From positions 3,348,001-3,412,000 of the forward strand of contig CM022677.1 of assembly GCA_012295275.1 (NCBI GenBank): DNA of 64,000 nt, written 5' to 3'. Position numbers and translations under genes: made by a program. Under the pieces are notes generated by a model. That model was not told the origin of the DNA. It saw nothing but the letters and a program-made list of their open reading frames with translations, and did not search any database. The DNA comes from Chrysomallon squamiferum. Taxonomy: Eukaryota > Animalia > Mollusca. Shown one piece after another: positions 26,901 to 41,900 of the stretch (its first letter is position 1; every line of letters starts with the position of its first letter).

Positions 26901-29900
26901 TAATTACGTAAATAATGACCTAAGTAAGCAAGGAAGCAAGTACCTAAGTCAGAGAGAATGCAAGTCAGTACACTTACAATTATGTGAGTAAGAATGAAAG
27001 TAACTACTTAACAAATGTCCTAGGTTAGCAAGTAAGCGAGTGAGTTAGTAAATATTAACCTAAGTAAGTACATTAACAATTATCTAACTAAGAAAGAAAG
27101 GAAGTAAGTACTTAAATAATGATCTAAGTTGGTAAGGAAGCGAGCAACTAATTTAAAATGCAAATTTGTACATTAACAATTATCTCAGTAACAACGTAAG
27201 TAAGTACGTAAATAATGACCTAAGTAAGCAAGAATGCAACTTACTTAGTGAGAATGCAAGTAAGTACGTTACCAATTATCTAAGTAAGAAATAAATTTAG
27301 TACTTACCTAAATAATGACCTAAGTAAGCAAGGAAGCAAGTACCTAAGTAAGAGAGAATGCAAGTCAGTAGATTTATAATTATGTGAGTAAGAATGTAAG
27401 TAACTACTTAACTAATGTCCTAGGTTAGCAAGTAAGCGAGTAAGTTAGTAAATAGTAACCTAAGTAAGTACATTAGCAATTATCTAAGTAAGAAAGAAAG
27501 AAAGTAAGTACGTAAATAATGATCTAAGTTGGCAACGAAGCGAGCAACTAAGTGAAAATACAAATTTGTACATTAACAATTATCTCAGTAAGAACGTAAG
27601 TAAGTACGTAAATAATGACCTTAGTAAGCAAGGTTGCAACTTACTTAGTGAGAATGCAAGTAAGTACATTAACAATTATCTAAGTAAGAAATAAATTAAG
27701 TAATTACGTAAATAATGACCTAAGTAAGCAAGGAAGCAAGTACCTAAGTAAGAGAGAATGCAAGTCAGTACACTTACAATTATGTGAGTAAGAATGAAAG
27801 TAACTACTTAACAAATGTCCTAGGTTAGCAAGTAAGCGAGTGAGTTAGTAAATATTAACCTAAGTAAGTACATTAACAATTATCTAACTAAGAAAGAAAG
27901 TAAGTAAGTACTTAAATAATGATCTAAGTTGGTAAGGAAGCGAGCAACTAATTTAAAATGCAAATTTGTACATTAACAATTATCTCAGTAACAACGTAAG
28001 TAAGTACGTAAATAATGACCTAAGTAAGCAAGAATGCAACTTACTTAGTGAGAATGCAAGTAAGTACGTTACCAATTATCTAAGTAAGAAATAAATTTAG
28101 TACTTACCTAAATAATGACCTAAGTAAGCAAAGCAAGGAAGCAAGTACCTAAGTAAAGAGAGAATGCAAGTCAGTAGATTTATAATTATGTGAGTAAGAA
28201 TGTAAGTAACTACTTAACTAATGTCCTAGGTTAGTTAAGTAGTAAGCGAGTAAGTTAGTAAATAGTAACCTAAGTAAGTACATTAGCAATTATCTAAGTA
28301 AGACAAAGAAAGTAAGTAAGTACGTAAATAATGATCTAAGTTGGCAACGAAGCGAGCAACTAAGTGAAAATACAAATTTGTACATTAACAATTATCTCAG
28401 TAACAACGTAAGTAAGTACGTAAATAATGACCTTAGTAAGCAAGGTTGCAACTTACTTAGTGAGAATAAAGAATATAAGTAATTAACATTAACAATTATC
28501 TAAGTAAGAAATAAATTAAGTAATTACGTAAATAATGACCTAAGTAAGCAAGGAAGCAAGTACCTAAGTCAGAGAGAATGCAAGTCAGTACACTTACAAT
28601 TATGTGAGTAAGAATGAAAGTAACTACTTAACAAATGTCCTAGGTTAGCAAGTAAGCGAGTGAGTTAGTAAATATTAACCTAAGTAAGTACATTAACAAT
28701 TATCTAACTAAGAAAGAAAGGAAGTAAGTACTTAAATAATGATCTAAGTTGGTAAGGAAGCGAGCAACTAATTTAAAATGCAAATTTGTACATTAACAAT
28801 TATCTCAGTAACAACGTAAGTAAGTACGTAAATAATGACCTAAGTAAGCAAGAATGCAACTTACTTAGTGAGAATGCAAGTAAGTACGTTACCAATTATC
28901 TAAGTAAGAAATAAATTTAGTACTTACCTAAATAATGACCTAAGTAAGCAAGGAAGCAAGTACCTAAGTAAGAGAGAATGCAAGTCAGTAGATTTACAAT
29001 TATGTGAGTAAGAATGTAAGTAACTACTTAACTAATGTCCTAGGTTAGCAAGTAAGCGAGTAGTTTAGTAAATAGTAACCTAAGTAAGTACATTAGCAAT
29101 TATCTAAGTAAGAAAGAAAGTAAGTAAGTACGTAAATAATGATCTAAGTTGGCAACGAAGCGAGCAACTAAGTGAAAATACAAATTTGTACATTAACAAT
29201 TATCTCAGTAAGTAACAACGTAAGTAAGTACGTAAATAATGACCTTAGTAAGCAAGGTTGCAACTTACTTAGTGAGAATGCAAGTAAGTACATTAACAAT
29301 TATCTAAGTAAGAAATAAATTAAGTAATTACGTAAATAATGACCTAAGTAAGCAAGGAAGCAAGTACCTAAGTCAGAGAGAATGCAAGTCAGTACATTTA
29401 CAATTATGTGAGTAAGAATGAAAGTAACTACTTAACTAATGTCCTAGGTTAGCAAGTAAGCGAGTGAGTTAGTAAATAGTAACCTAAGTAAGTACATTAA
29501 CAATTATCTAACTAAGAAAGAAAGTAAGTAAGTACGTAAATAATGATCTAAGTTGGCAACGAAGCGAGCAACTAAGTGAAAATACAAATTTGTACATTAA
29601 CAATTATCTCAGTAACAACGTAAGTAAGTACGTAAATAATGACCTTAGTAAGCAAGGTTGCAACTTACTTAGTGAGAATGCAAGTAAGTACATTAACAAT
29701 TATCTAAGTAAGAAATAAATTAAGTAATTACGTAAATAATGACCTAAGTAAGCAAGGAAGCAAGTACCTAAGTCAGAGAGAATGCAAGTCAGTACACTTA
29801 CAATTATGTGAGTAAGAATGAAAGTAACTACTTAACAAATGTCCTAGGTTAGCAAGTAAGCGAGTGAGTTAGTAAATATTAACCTAAGTAAGTACATTAA

Positions 29901-32900
29901 CAATTATCTAACTAAGAAAGAAAGTAAGTAAGTACTTAAATAATGATCTAAGTTGGTAAGGAAGCGAGCAACTAATTTAAAATGCAAATTTGTACATTAA
30001 CAATTATCTCAGTAACAACGTAAGTAAGTACGTAAATAATGACCTAAGTAAGCAAGAATGCAACTTACTTTTAGTGAGAATGCAAGTAAGTACGTTACCA
30101 ATTATCTAAGTAAGAAATAAATTTAGTACTTACCTAAATAATGACCTAAGTAAGCAAGGAAGCAAGTACCTAAGTAAAGAGAGAGAATGCAAGTCAGTAG
30201 ATTTATAATTATGTGAGTAAGAATGTAAGTAACTACTTAACTAATGTCCTAGGTTAGCAAGTAAGCGAGTAAGTTAGTAAATAGTAACCTAAGTAAGTAC
30301 ATTAGCAATTATCTAAGTAAGAAAGAAAGAAAGTAAGTACGTAAATAATGATCTAAGTTGGCAACGAAGCGAGCAACTAAGTGAAAATACAAATTTGTAC
30401 ATTAACAATTATCTCAGTAAGAACGTAAGTAAGTACGTAAATAATGACCTTAGTAAGCAAGGTTGCAACTTACTTAGTGAGAATGCAAGTAAGTACATTA
30501 ACAATTATCTAAGTAAGAAATAAATTAAGTAATTACGTAAATAATGACCTAAGTAAGCAAGGAAGCAAGTACCTAAGTCAGAGAGAATGCAAGTCAGTAC
30601 ACTTACAATTATGTGAGTAAGAATGAAAGTAACTACTTAACAAATGTCCTAGGTTAGCAAGTAAGCGAGTGAGTTAGTAAATATTAACCTAAGTAAGTAC
30701 ATTAACAATTATCTAACTAAGAAAGAAAGGAAGTAAGTACTTAAATAATGATCTAAGTTGGTAAGGAAGCGAGCAACTAATTTAAAATGCAAATTTGTAC
30801 ATTAACAATTATCTCAGTAACAACGTAAGTAAGTACGTAAATAATGACCTAAGTAAGCAAGAATGCAACTTACTTAGTGAGAATGCAAGTAAGTACGTTA
30901 CCAATTATCTAAGTAAGAAATAAATTTAGTACTTACCTAAATAATGACCTAAGTAAGCAAGGAAGCAAGTACCTAAGTAAGAGAGAATGCAAGTCAGTAG
31001 ATTTATAATTATGTGAGTAAGAATGTAAGTAACTACTTAACTAATGTCCTAGGTTAGGAAGTAAGCGAGTAGTTTAGTAAATAGTAACCTAAGTAAGTAC
31101 ATTAGCAATTATCTAAGTAAGAAAGAAAGTAAGTAAGTACGTAAATAATGATCTAAGTTGGCAACGAAGCGAGCAACTAAGTGAAAATACAAATTTGTAC
31201 ATTAACAATTATCTCAGTAAGAAGTAAGTAAGTAAGTAAGTACGTAAATAATGACCTTAGTAAGCAAGGTTGCAACTTACTTAGTGAGAATGCAAGTAAG
31301 TACATTAACAATTATCTAAGTAAGAAATAAATTAAGTAATTACGTAAATAATGACCTAAGTAAGCAAGGAAGCAAGTACCTAAGTCAGAGAGAATGCAAG
31401 TCAGTACACTTACAATTATGTGAGTAAGAATGAAAGTAACTACTTAACAAATGTCCTAGGTTAGCAAGTAAGCGAGTGAGTTAGTAAATATTAACCTAAG
31501 TAAGTACATTAACAATTATCTAACTAAGAAAGAAAGGAAGTAAGTACTTAAATAATGATCTAAGTTGGTAAGGAAGCGAGCAACTAATTTAAAATGCAAA
31601 TTTGTACATTAACAATTATCTCTCAGTAACAACGTAAGTAAGTACGTAAATAATGACCTAAGTAAGCAAGAATGCAACTTACTTAGTGAGAATGCAAGTA
31701 AGTACGTTACCAATTATCTAAGTAAGAAATAAATTTAGTACTTACCTAAATAATGACCTAAGTAAGCAAGGAAGCAAGTACCTAAGTAAGAGAGAATGCA
31801 AGTCAGTAGATTTATAATTATGTGAGTAAGAATGTAAGTAACTACTTAACTAATGTCCTAGGTTAGCAAGTAAGTAAGCGAGTAGTTTAGTAAATAGTAA
31901 CCTAAGTAAGTACATTAAGTAAGTACATTAGCAATTATCTAAGTAAAAAAGAAAAAAAAGTAAGTACGTAAATAATGATCTAAGTTGGCAACGAAGCGAG
32001 CAACTAAGTGAAAATACAAATTTGTACATTAACAATTATCTCAGTAACAACGAAAGTAAGTAAGTACGTAAATAATGACCTTAGTAAGCAAGTTGTTGCA
32101 ACTTACTTAGTGAGAATGCAAGTAAGTACATTAACAATTATCTAAGTAAGAAATAAATTAAGTAATTACGTAAATAATGACCTAAGTAAGCAAGGAAGCA
32201 AGTACCTAAGTCAGAGAGAATGCAAGTCAGTACACTTACAATTATGTGAGTAAGAATGAAAGTAACTACTTAACAAATGTCCTAGGTTAGCAAGTAAGAG
32301 TGAGTGAGTTAGTAAATATTAACCCTAAGTAACATTACATTAACAATTATCTAACTAAGAAAGAAAGTAAGTAAGTACTTAAATAATGATCTAAGTTGGC
32401 AAGGAAGCGAGCAACTAATTTAAAATGCAAATTTGTACATTAACAATTATCTCAGTAACAACGTAAGTAAGTAAGTACGTAAATAATGACCTAAGTAAGC
32501 AAGGTTGCAACTTACTTAGTGAGAATGCAAGTAAAAAGTACGTTAACAATTATCTAATCTAGTGAAAGAAATAAATTTAGTAATTACGTAAATAATGACC
32601 CTAAGTAAGCAAGGAAGCAAGTACCTAAGTCAGAGAGAATGCAAGTCAGTACATTTACAAATTATGTGAGTAAGAATGAAAGTAACTACTTAACAAATGT
32701 CCTAGGTTAGCAAGTAAGCGAGTGAGTTAGTAAATATTAACCTAAGTAAGTACATTAACAAATTATCTAACTAAGAAAGAAAAAGTAAAGTAAGTACTTA
32801 AATAATGATCTAAGTTGGTAAGGAAGCGAGCAACTAATTTAAAATGAAAATTTGTACATTAACAATTATCTCAGTAACAACGTAAGTAAGTACGTAAATA

Positions 32901-35900
32901 ATGACCTAAGTAAGCAAGAATGCAACTTACTTAGTGAGAATGCAAGTAAGTACGTTACCAATTATCTAAGTAAGAAATAAATTTAGTAATTACCTAAATA
33001 ATGACCTAAGTAAGCAAGGAAGCAAGTACCTAAGTAAGAGAGAATGCAAGTCAGTAGATTTACAATTATGTGAGTAAGAATGTAAGTAACTACTTAACTA
33101 ATGTCCTAGGTTAGGAAGTAAGCGAGTAGTTTAGTAAATAGTAACCTAAGTAAGTACATTAGCAATTATCTAAGTAAGAAAGAAAGTAAGTAAGTACGTA
33201 AATAATGATCTAAGTTGGCAACGAAGCGAGCAACTAAGTGAAAATACAAATTTGTACATTAACAATTATCTCAGTAAGAACGTAAGTAAGTACGTAAATA
33301 ATGACCTTAGTAAGCAAGGTTGCAACTTACTTAGTGAGAATGCAAGTAAGTACATTAACAATTATCTAAGTAAGAAATAAATTAAGTAATTACGTAAATA
33401 ATGACCTAAGTAAGCAAGGAAGCAAGTACCTAAGTCAGAGAGAATGCAAGTCAGTAGATTTACAATTATGTGAGTAAGAATGTAAGTAACTACTTAACTA
33501 ATGTCCTAGGTTAGCAAGCAAGTAAGCAGAGTAAGTTAGTAAATAGTAACCTAAGTAAGTACATTAACAATTATCTAACTAAGAAAGAAAGGAAGTAAGT
33601 ACTTAAATAATGATCTAAGTTGGTAAGGAAGCGAGCAACTAATTTAAAATGCAAATTTGTACATTAACAATTATCTCAGTAACAACGTAAGTAAGTACGT
33701 AAATAATGACCTAAGTAAGCAAGAATGCAACTTACTTAGTGAGAATGCAAGTAAGTACGTTACCAATTATCTAAGTAAGAAATAAATTTAGTACTTACCT
33801 AAATAATGACCTAAGTAAGCAAGGAAGCAAGTACCTAAGTAAGAGAGAATGCAAGTCAGTAGATTTACAATTATGTGAGTAAGAATGTAAGTAACTACTT
33901 AACTAATGTCCTAGGTTAGGAAGTAAGCGAGTAGTTTAGTAAATAGTAACCTAAGTAAGTACATTAGCAATTATCTAAGTAAGAAAGAAAGTAAGTAAGT
34001 ACGTAAATAATGATCTAAGTTGGGAACGAAGCGAGCAACTAAGTGAAAATACAAATTTGTACATTAACGATTATCTCAGTAACAACTTAAGTAAGTACGT
34101 AAATAATGACCTTAGTAAGCAAGGTTGCAACTTACTTAGTTAGTGAGAATGCAAGTAAGTACGTTAACAATTATCTAAGTAAGAAATAAATTAAGTAATT
34201 ACGTAAATAATGACCTAAGTAAGCAAGGAAGCAAGTACCTAAGTCAGAGAGAATGCAAGTCAGTACACTTACAATTATGTGAGTAAGAATGAAAGTAACT
34301 ACTTAACAAATGTCCTAGGTTAGCAAGTAAGCGAGTGAGTTAGTAAATATTAACCTAAGTAAGTACATTAACAATTATCTAACTAAGAAAGAAAGGAAGT
34401 AAGTACTTAAATAATGATCTAAGTTGGTAAGGAAGCGAGCAACTAATTTAAAATGCAAATTTGTACATTAACAATTATCTCAGTAACAACGTAAGTAAGT
34501 ACGTAAATAATGACCTAAGTAAGCAAGAATGCAACTTACTTAGTGAGAATGCAAGTAAGTACGTTACCAATTATCTAAGTAAGAAATAAATTTAGTACTT
34601 ACCTAAATAATGACCTAAGTAAGCAAGGAAGCAAGTACCTAAGTAAGAGAGAATGCAAGTCAGTAGATTTACAATTATGTGAGTAAGAATGTAAGTAACT
34701 ACTTAACTAATGTCCTAGGTTAGGAAGTAAGCGAGTAGTTTAGTAAATAGTAACCTAAGTAAGTACATTAGCAATGATCTAAGTAACAAAGAAAGTAAGT
34801 AAGTACGTAAATAATGATCTAAGTTGGCAACGAAGCGAGCAACTAAGTGAAAATACAAATTTGTACATTAACAATTATCTCAGTAACAACGTAAGTAAGT
34901 ACGTAAATAATGACCTTAGTAAGCAAGGTTGCAACTTACTTAGTGAGAATGCAAGTAAGTACGTTAACAATTATCTAAGTAAGAAATAAATTAAGTAATT
35001 ACGTAAATAATGACCTAAGTAAGCAAGGAAGCAAGTACCTAAGTCAGAGAGAATGCAAGTCAGTACACTTACAATTATGTGAGTAAGAATGAAAGTAACT
35101 ACTTAACTAATGTCCTAGGTTAGCAAGTAAGCGAGTGAGTTAGTAAATATTAACCTAAGTAAGTACATTAACAATTATCTAACTAAGAAAGAAAGTAAGT
35201 AAGTACTTAAATAATGATCTAAGTTGGTAAGGAAGCGAGCAACTAATTTAAAATGCAAATTTGTACATTAACAATTATCTCAGTAACAACGTAAGTAAGT
35301 ACGTAAATAATGACCTAAGTAAGCAAGGTTGCAACTTACTTAGTTAGTGAGAATGCAAGTAAGTACGTTAACAATTATCTAAGTAAGAAATAAATTAAGT
35401 AATTACGTAAATAATGACCTAAGTAAGCAAGGAAGCAAGTACCTAAGTCAGAGAGAATGCAAGTCAGTACATTTACAATTATGTGAGTAAGAATGAAAGT
35501 AACTACTTAACTAATGTCCTAGGTTAGCAAGTAAGCGAGTAAGTTAGTAAATAGTAACCTAAGTAAGTACATTAGCAATTATCTAAGTAAGAAAGAAAGA
35601 AAGTAAGTACGTAAATAATGATCTAAGTTGGCAACGAAGCGAGCAACTAAGTGAAAATACAAATTTGTACATTAACGATTATCTCAGTAACAACGTAAGT
35701 AAGTACGTAAATAATGACCTTAGTAAGCAAGGTTGCAACTTACTTAGTTAGTGAGAATGCAAGTAAGTACGTTAACAATTATCTAAGTAAGAAATAAATT
35801 AAGTAATTACGTAAATAATGACCTAAGTAAGCAAGGAAGCAAGTACCTAAGTCAGAGAGAATGCAAGTCAGTACACTTACAATTATGTGAGTAAGAATGA

Positions 35901-38900
35901 AAGTAACTACTTAACAAATGTCCTAGGTTAGCAAGTAAGCGAGTGAGTTAGTAAATATTAACCTAAGTAAGTACATTAACAATTATCTAACTAAGAAAGA
36001 AAGGAAGTAAGTACTTAAATAATGATCTAAGTTGGTAAGGAAGCGAGCAACTAATTTAAAATGCAAATTTGTACATTAAAAGTTATCTCAGTAACAACGT
36101 AAGTAAGTACGTTAATAATGACCTAAGTAAGCAAGAATGCAACTTACTTAGTGAGAATGCAAGTAAGTACGTTACCAATTATCTAAGTAAGAAATAAATT
36201 TAGTACTTACCTAAATAATGACCTAAGTAAGCAAGGAAGCAAGTACGTAAGTAAGAGAGAATGCAAGTCAGTAGATTTACAATTATGTGAGTAAGAATGT
36301 AAGTAACTACTTAACTAATGTCCTAGGTTAGCAAGTAAGCGAGTAGTTTAGTAAATAGTAACCTAAGTAAGTACATTAGCAATTATCTAAGTAAGAAAGA
36401 AAGAAAGAAAGTAAGTAAGTACGTAAATAATGATCTAAGTTGGCAACGAAGCGAGCAACTAAGTGAAAATAAAAATTTGTACATTAACAATTATCTCAGT
36501 AACAACGTAAGTAAGTACGTAAATAATGACCTTAGTAAGCAAGGTTGCAACTTAGTTAGTGAGAATGCAAGTAAGTACATTAACAATTATCTAAGTAAGA
36601 AATAAATTAAGTAATTACGTAAATAATGACCTAAGTAAGCAAGGAAGCAAGTACCTAAGTCAGAGAGAATGCAAGTCAGTACACTTACAATTATGTGAGT
36701 AAGAATGAAAGTAACTACTTAACAAATGTCCTAGGTTAGCAAGTAAGCGAGTGAGTTAGTAAATATTAACCTAAGTAAGTACATTAACAATTATCTAACT
36801 AAGAAAGAAAGGAAGTAAGTACTTAAATAATGATCTAAGTTGGTAAGGAAGCGAGCAACTAATTTAAAATGCAAATTTGTACATTAACAATTATCTCAGT
36901 AACAACGTAAGTAAGTACGTAAATAATGACCTAAGTAAGCAACAATGCAACTTACTTTGTGAGAATGCAAGTAAGTACGTTACCAATTATCTAAGTAAGA
37001 AATAAATTTAGTACTTACCTAAATAATGACCTAAGTAAGCAAGGAAGCAAGTACCTAAGTAAGAGAGAATGCAAGTCAGTAGATTTATAATTATGTGAGT
37101 AAGAATGTAAGTAACTACTTAACTAATGTCCTAGGTTAGGAAGTAAGCGAGTAGTTTAGTAAATAGTAACCTAAGTAAGTACATTAGCAATGATCTAAGT
37201 AACAAAGAAAGTAAGTAAGTACGTAAATAATGATCTAAGTTGGCAACGAAGCGAGCAACTAAGTGAAAATACAAATTTGTACATTAACAATTATCTCAGT
37301 AAGAACGTAAGTAAGTACGTAAATAATGACCTTAGTAAGCAAGGTTGCAACTTACTTAGTGAGAATGCAAGTAAGAATGCAAGTAAGTACATTAACAATT
37401 ATCTAAGTAAGAAATAAATTAAGTAATTACGTAAATAATGACCTAAGTAAGCAAGGAAGCAAGTACCTAAGTCAGAGAGAATGCAAGTCAGTACACTTAC
37501 AATTATGTGAGTAAGAATGAAAGTAACTACTTAACAAATGTCCTAGGTTAGCAAGTAAGCGAGTGAGTTAGTAAATATTAACCTAAGTAAGTACATTAAC
37601 AATTATCTAACTAAGAAAGAAAGGAAGTAAGTACTTAAATAATGATCTAAGTTGGTAAGGAAGCGAGCAACTAATTTAAAATGCAAATTTGTACATTAAC
37701 AATTATCTCAGTAACAACGTAAGTAAGTACGTAAATAATGACCTAAGTAAGCAAGAATGCAACTTACTTAGTGAGAATGCAAGTAAGTACGTTACCAATT
37801 ATCTAAGTAAGAAATAAATTTAGTACTTACCTAAATAATGACCTAAGTAAGCAAGGAAGCAAGTACCTAAGTAAGAGAGAATGCAAGTCAGTAGATTTAT
37901 AATTATGTGAGTAAGAATGTAAGTAACTACTTAACTAATGTCCTAGGTTAGCAAGTAAGCGAGTAAGTTAGTAAATAGTAACCTAAGTAAGTACATTAGC
38001 AATTATCTAAGTAAGAAAGAAAGTAAGTAAGTACGTAAATAATGATCTAAGTTGGCAACGAAGCGAGCAACTAAGTGAAAATACAAATTTGTACATTAAC
38101 GATTATCTCAGTAACAACGTAAGTAAGTACGTAAATAATGACCTTAGTAAGCAAGGTTGCAACTTACTTAGTGAGAATGCAAGTAAGTACATTAACAATT
38201 ATCTAAGTAAGAAATAAATTAAGTAATTACGTAAATAATGACCTAAGTAAGCAAGGAAGCAAGTACCTAAGTCAGAGAGAATGCAAGTCAGTACACTTAC
38301 AATTATGTGAGTAAGAATGAAAGTAACTACTTAACAAATGTCCTAGGTTAGCAAGTAAGCGAGTAAGTTAGTAAATATTAACCTAAGTAAGTACATTAAC
38401 AATTATCTAACTAAGAAAGAAAGTAAGTAAGTACTTAAATAATGATCTAAGTTGGTAAGGAAGCGAGCAACTAATTTAAAATGCAAATTTGTACATTAAC
38501 AATTATCTCAGTAACAACGTAAGTAAGTACGTAAATAATGACCTAAGTAAGCAAGAATGCAACTTACTTAGTGAGAATGCAAGTAAGTACGTTACCAATT
38601 ATCTAAGTAAGAAATAAATTTAGTACTTACCTAAATAATGACCTAAGTAAGCAAGGAAGCAAGTACCTAAGTAAGAGAGAATGCAAGTCAGTAGATTTAC
38701 AATTATGTGAGTAAGAATGTAAGTAACTACTTAACTAATGTCCTAGGTTAGCAAGTAAGCGAGTAAGTTAGTAAATAGTAACCTAAGTAAGTACATTAGC
38801 AATTATCTAAGTAAGAAAGAAAGTAAGTAAGTACGTAAATAATGATCTAAGTTGGCAACGAAGCGAGCAACTAAGTGAAAATACAAATTTGTACATTAAC

Positions 38901-41900
38901 AATTATCTCAGTAAGAACGTAAGTAAGTACGTAAATAATGACCTTAGTAAGCAAGGTTGCAACTTACTTAGTGAGAATGCAAGTAAGTACATTAACAATT
39001 ATCTAAGTAAGAAATAAAAATTAATTACGTAAATAAATAAATAATGACCTAAGTAAGCAAGGAAGCAAGTACCTAAGTCAGAGAGAATGCAAGTCAAGTC
39101 AGTACATTTATATTATGTGAGTAAGAATGAAAAAGTAACTACTTAACTAATGTCCTAGGTTAGCAAGTAAGTAAAGTTAGTTAGTAAAATTAACCTAAGT
39201 AAGTACATTAACAATTATTAAAATTATCTAAGAAAAAAGAAAGAAAGTAAGTACTTAAATAATGATCTAAGTTGGTAAGGAAGCGAGCAACTAATTTAAA
39301 ATGCAAATTTTACATTACATTAACAATTATCTCAGTAACAACGTAAGTAAGTACGTAAATAATGACCTAAGTAAGCAAGAATGCAACTTACTTTAGTGAG
39401 AAAGCAAAGTACGTTAATTATTATTAGTAAGTAAGTAATTAACAATTAAGAAATAAATTTAGTACTTACCTAAATAATGACCTAAGTAAGCAAGAAGCCT
39501 AAGTACCTAAGAAGAGAATGCAAAGTATTTTTTAATTATGTAAGTAAGAATGAAAGTAACTACTTAACTAATGTCCTAGGTTAGGAAGTAAGCGAGTAAG
39601 TTTAGTAATAGTAACCTAAGTAAGTACATTAGCAATTAGAAAGAAAGAAAAAGAAAAAATAAAAGTAAGTACGTACGTAAATAATGATCTAAGTTGGCAA
39701 CGAAGCGAGCAACTAAGTGAAAATACAAATTTGTACATTAACAATTATCTCAGTAAGAACGTAAGTAAGTACGTAAATAATGACCTTAGTAAGCAAGGTT
39801 GCAACTTACTTAGTGAGAATGCAAGTAAGTACATTAACAATTATCTAAGTAAGAAATAAATTAAGTAATTACGTAAATAATGACCTAAGTAAGCAAGGAA
39901 GCAAGTACCTAAGTCAGAGAGAATGCAAGTCAGTACACTTACAATTATGTGAGTAAGAATGAAAGTAACTACTTAACAAATGTCCTAGGTTAGCAAGTAA
40001 GCGAGTGAGTTAGTAAATATTAACCTAAGTAAGTACATTAACAATTATCTAACTAAGAAAGAAAAGAAGTAAGTACTTAAATAATGATCTAAGTTGGTAA
40101 GGAAGCGAGCAACTAATTTAAAATGCAAATTTGTACATTAACAATTATCTCAGTAACAACGTAAGTAAGTACGTAAATAATGACCTAAGTAAGCAAGAAT
40201 GCAACTTACTTAGTGAGAATGCAAGTAAGTACGTTACCAATTATCTAAGTAAGAAATAAATTTAGTACTTACCTAAATAATGACCTAAGTAAGCAAGGAA
40301 GCAAGTACCTAAGTAAGAGAGAATGCAAGTCAGTAGATTTATAATTATGTGAGTAAGAATGTAAGTAACTACTTAACTAATGTCCTAGGTTAATAGTCCT
40401 AAGTTAGTAATAAGTAAGTAAGTAGTAAGTAAGTAAGTAAAAGTAACCTAAGTAAGTAATTAGAAATTATCTAAAAGAAAGAAAGTAAAGTAAGTAAACG
40501 TAAATAAATGATCTAAGTTGGCAACGAAGCGAGCAACTGAAAATACAAAATTTGTACATTAACAATTATCTCAAGTAACGTAAAAGTACGTAAATAATGA
40601 CCTTAGTAAGCAAGGTTGCAACTTACTTAGTGAGAATGCAAGTGAGAATGCAAGTAAGTACATTAACAATTATCTAAGTAAGAAATAAATTAAGTAATTA
40701 CGTAAATAATGACCTAAGTAAGCAAGGAAGCAAGTACCTAAGTCAGAGAGAATGCAAGTCAGTACACTTACAATTATGTGAGTAAGAATGAAAGTAACTA
40801 CTTAACAAATGTCCTAGGTTAGCAAGTAAGCGAGTGAGTTAGTAAATATTAACCTAAGTAAGTACATTAACAATTATCTAAAAAGAAAAAAAAAAAGTAA
40901 GTAATACTTAAATAATGATATGGTAAAGTTGGTAAGGAAGCGAGCAACTAATTTAAAATGCAAATTTGTACATTAACAATTATCTCAGTAACAACGTAAG
41001 TAAGTACGTAAATAATGACCTAAGTAAGCAAGAATGCAACTTACTTAGTGAGAATGCAAGTAAGTACGTTACCAATTATCTAAGTAAGAAATAAATTTAG
41101 TACTTACCTAAATAATGACCTAAGAAGGAAAGCAAGGAAGCAAGAGAACCTAAGTAAGAGAGAATGCAAGTCAGTAGATTTTTATAATTATGTGAGTAAG
41201 AAATGTAACTAACTAACTTAATGTCCTAATGTCCTAGGTAAGAAGTAAGTAAGTTAGTAAAGTTAAGTAAATATTAAACTAAGTAAGTAATTATAAATAA
41301 GCAAATCTAAGAAAGAAAGAAAGAAAGTAAAGTACGTAAATAATGATCTAAAGTTGGCAACGAAGCGAGCAACTAATTTGAAAATACAAATTTGTACATT
41401 AATTATCTCAGTAAGAACGTAAGTAAGTAGTACGTAAATAATGCACTTACTTAGTAAGCAAGGTTGCAACTGCAACTTACTTAGTGAGAATGCAAAAAAA
41501 GCAAAATAAGTACATTAACAATTATCTAAGTAAGAAATAAATAAATTAAGTAATTACGTAAATAATGACCTAAGTAAGCAAGGAAGCAAGTACCTAAGTC
41601 AGAGAGAATGCAAGTCAGTACACTTACAATTATGTGAGTAAGAATGAAAGTAACTACTTAACAAATGTCCTAGGTTAGGTTAGCAGAAGTAGTTAGTAGT
41701 TAGTTAAAGTAAATATTAACCTAATCTAACTAATTAACAATTAAAATTAAAAAACAATTATCTAAAGAAAAGAAAGAAATAAAATAACTTAAATAATGAT
41801 CTAAGTTGGTAAGGAAGCGAGCAACTAATTTAAAAATGCAAATTTGTACATTAACAATTATCTCAGTAACAAAAGTAAGTAAGTACGTAAATAATGACCC

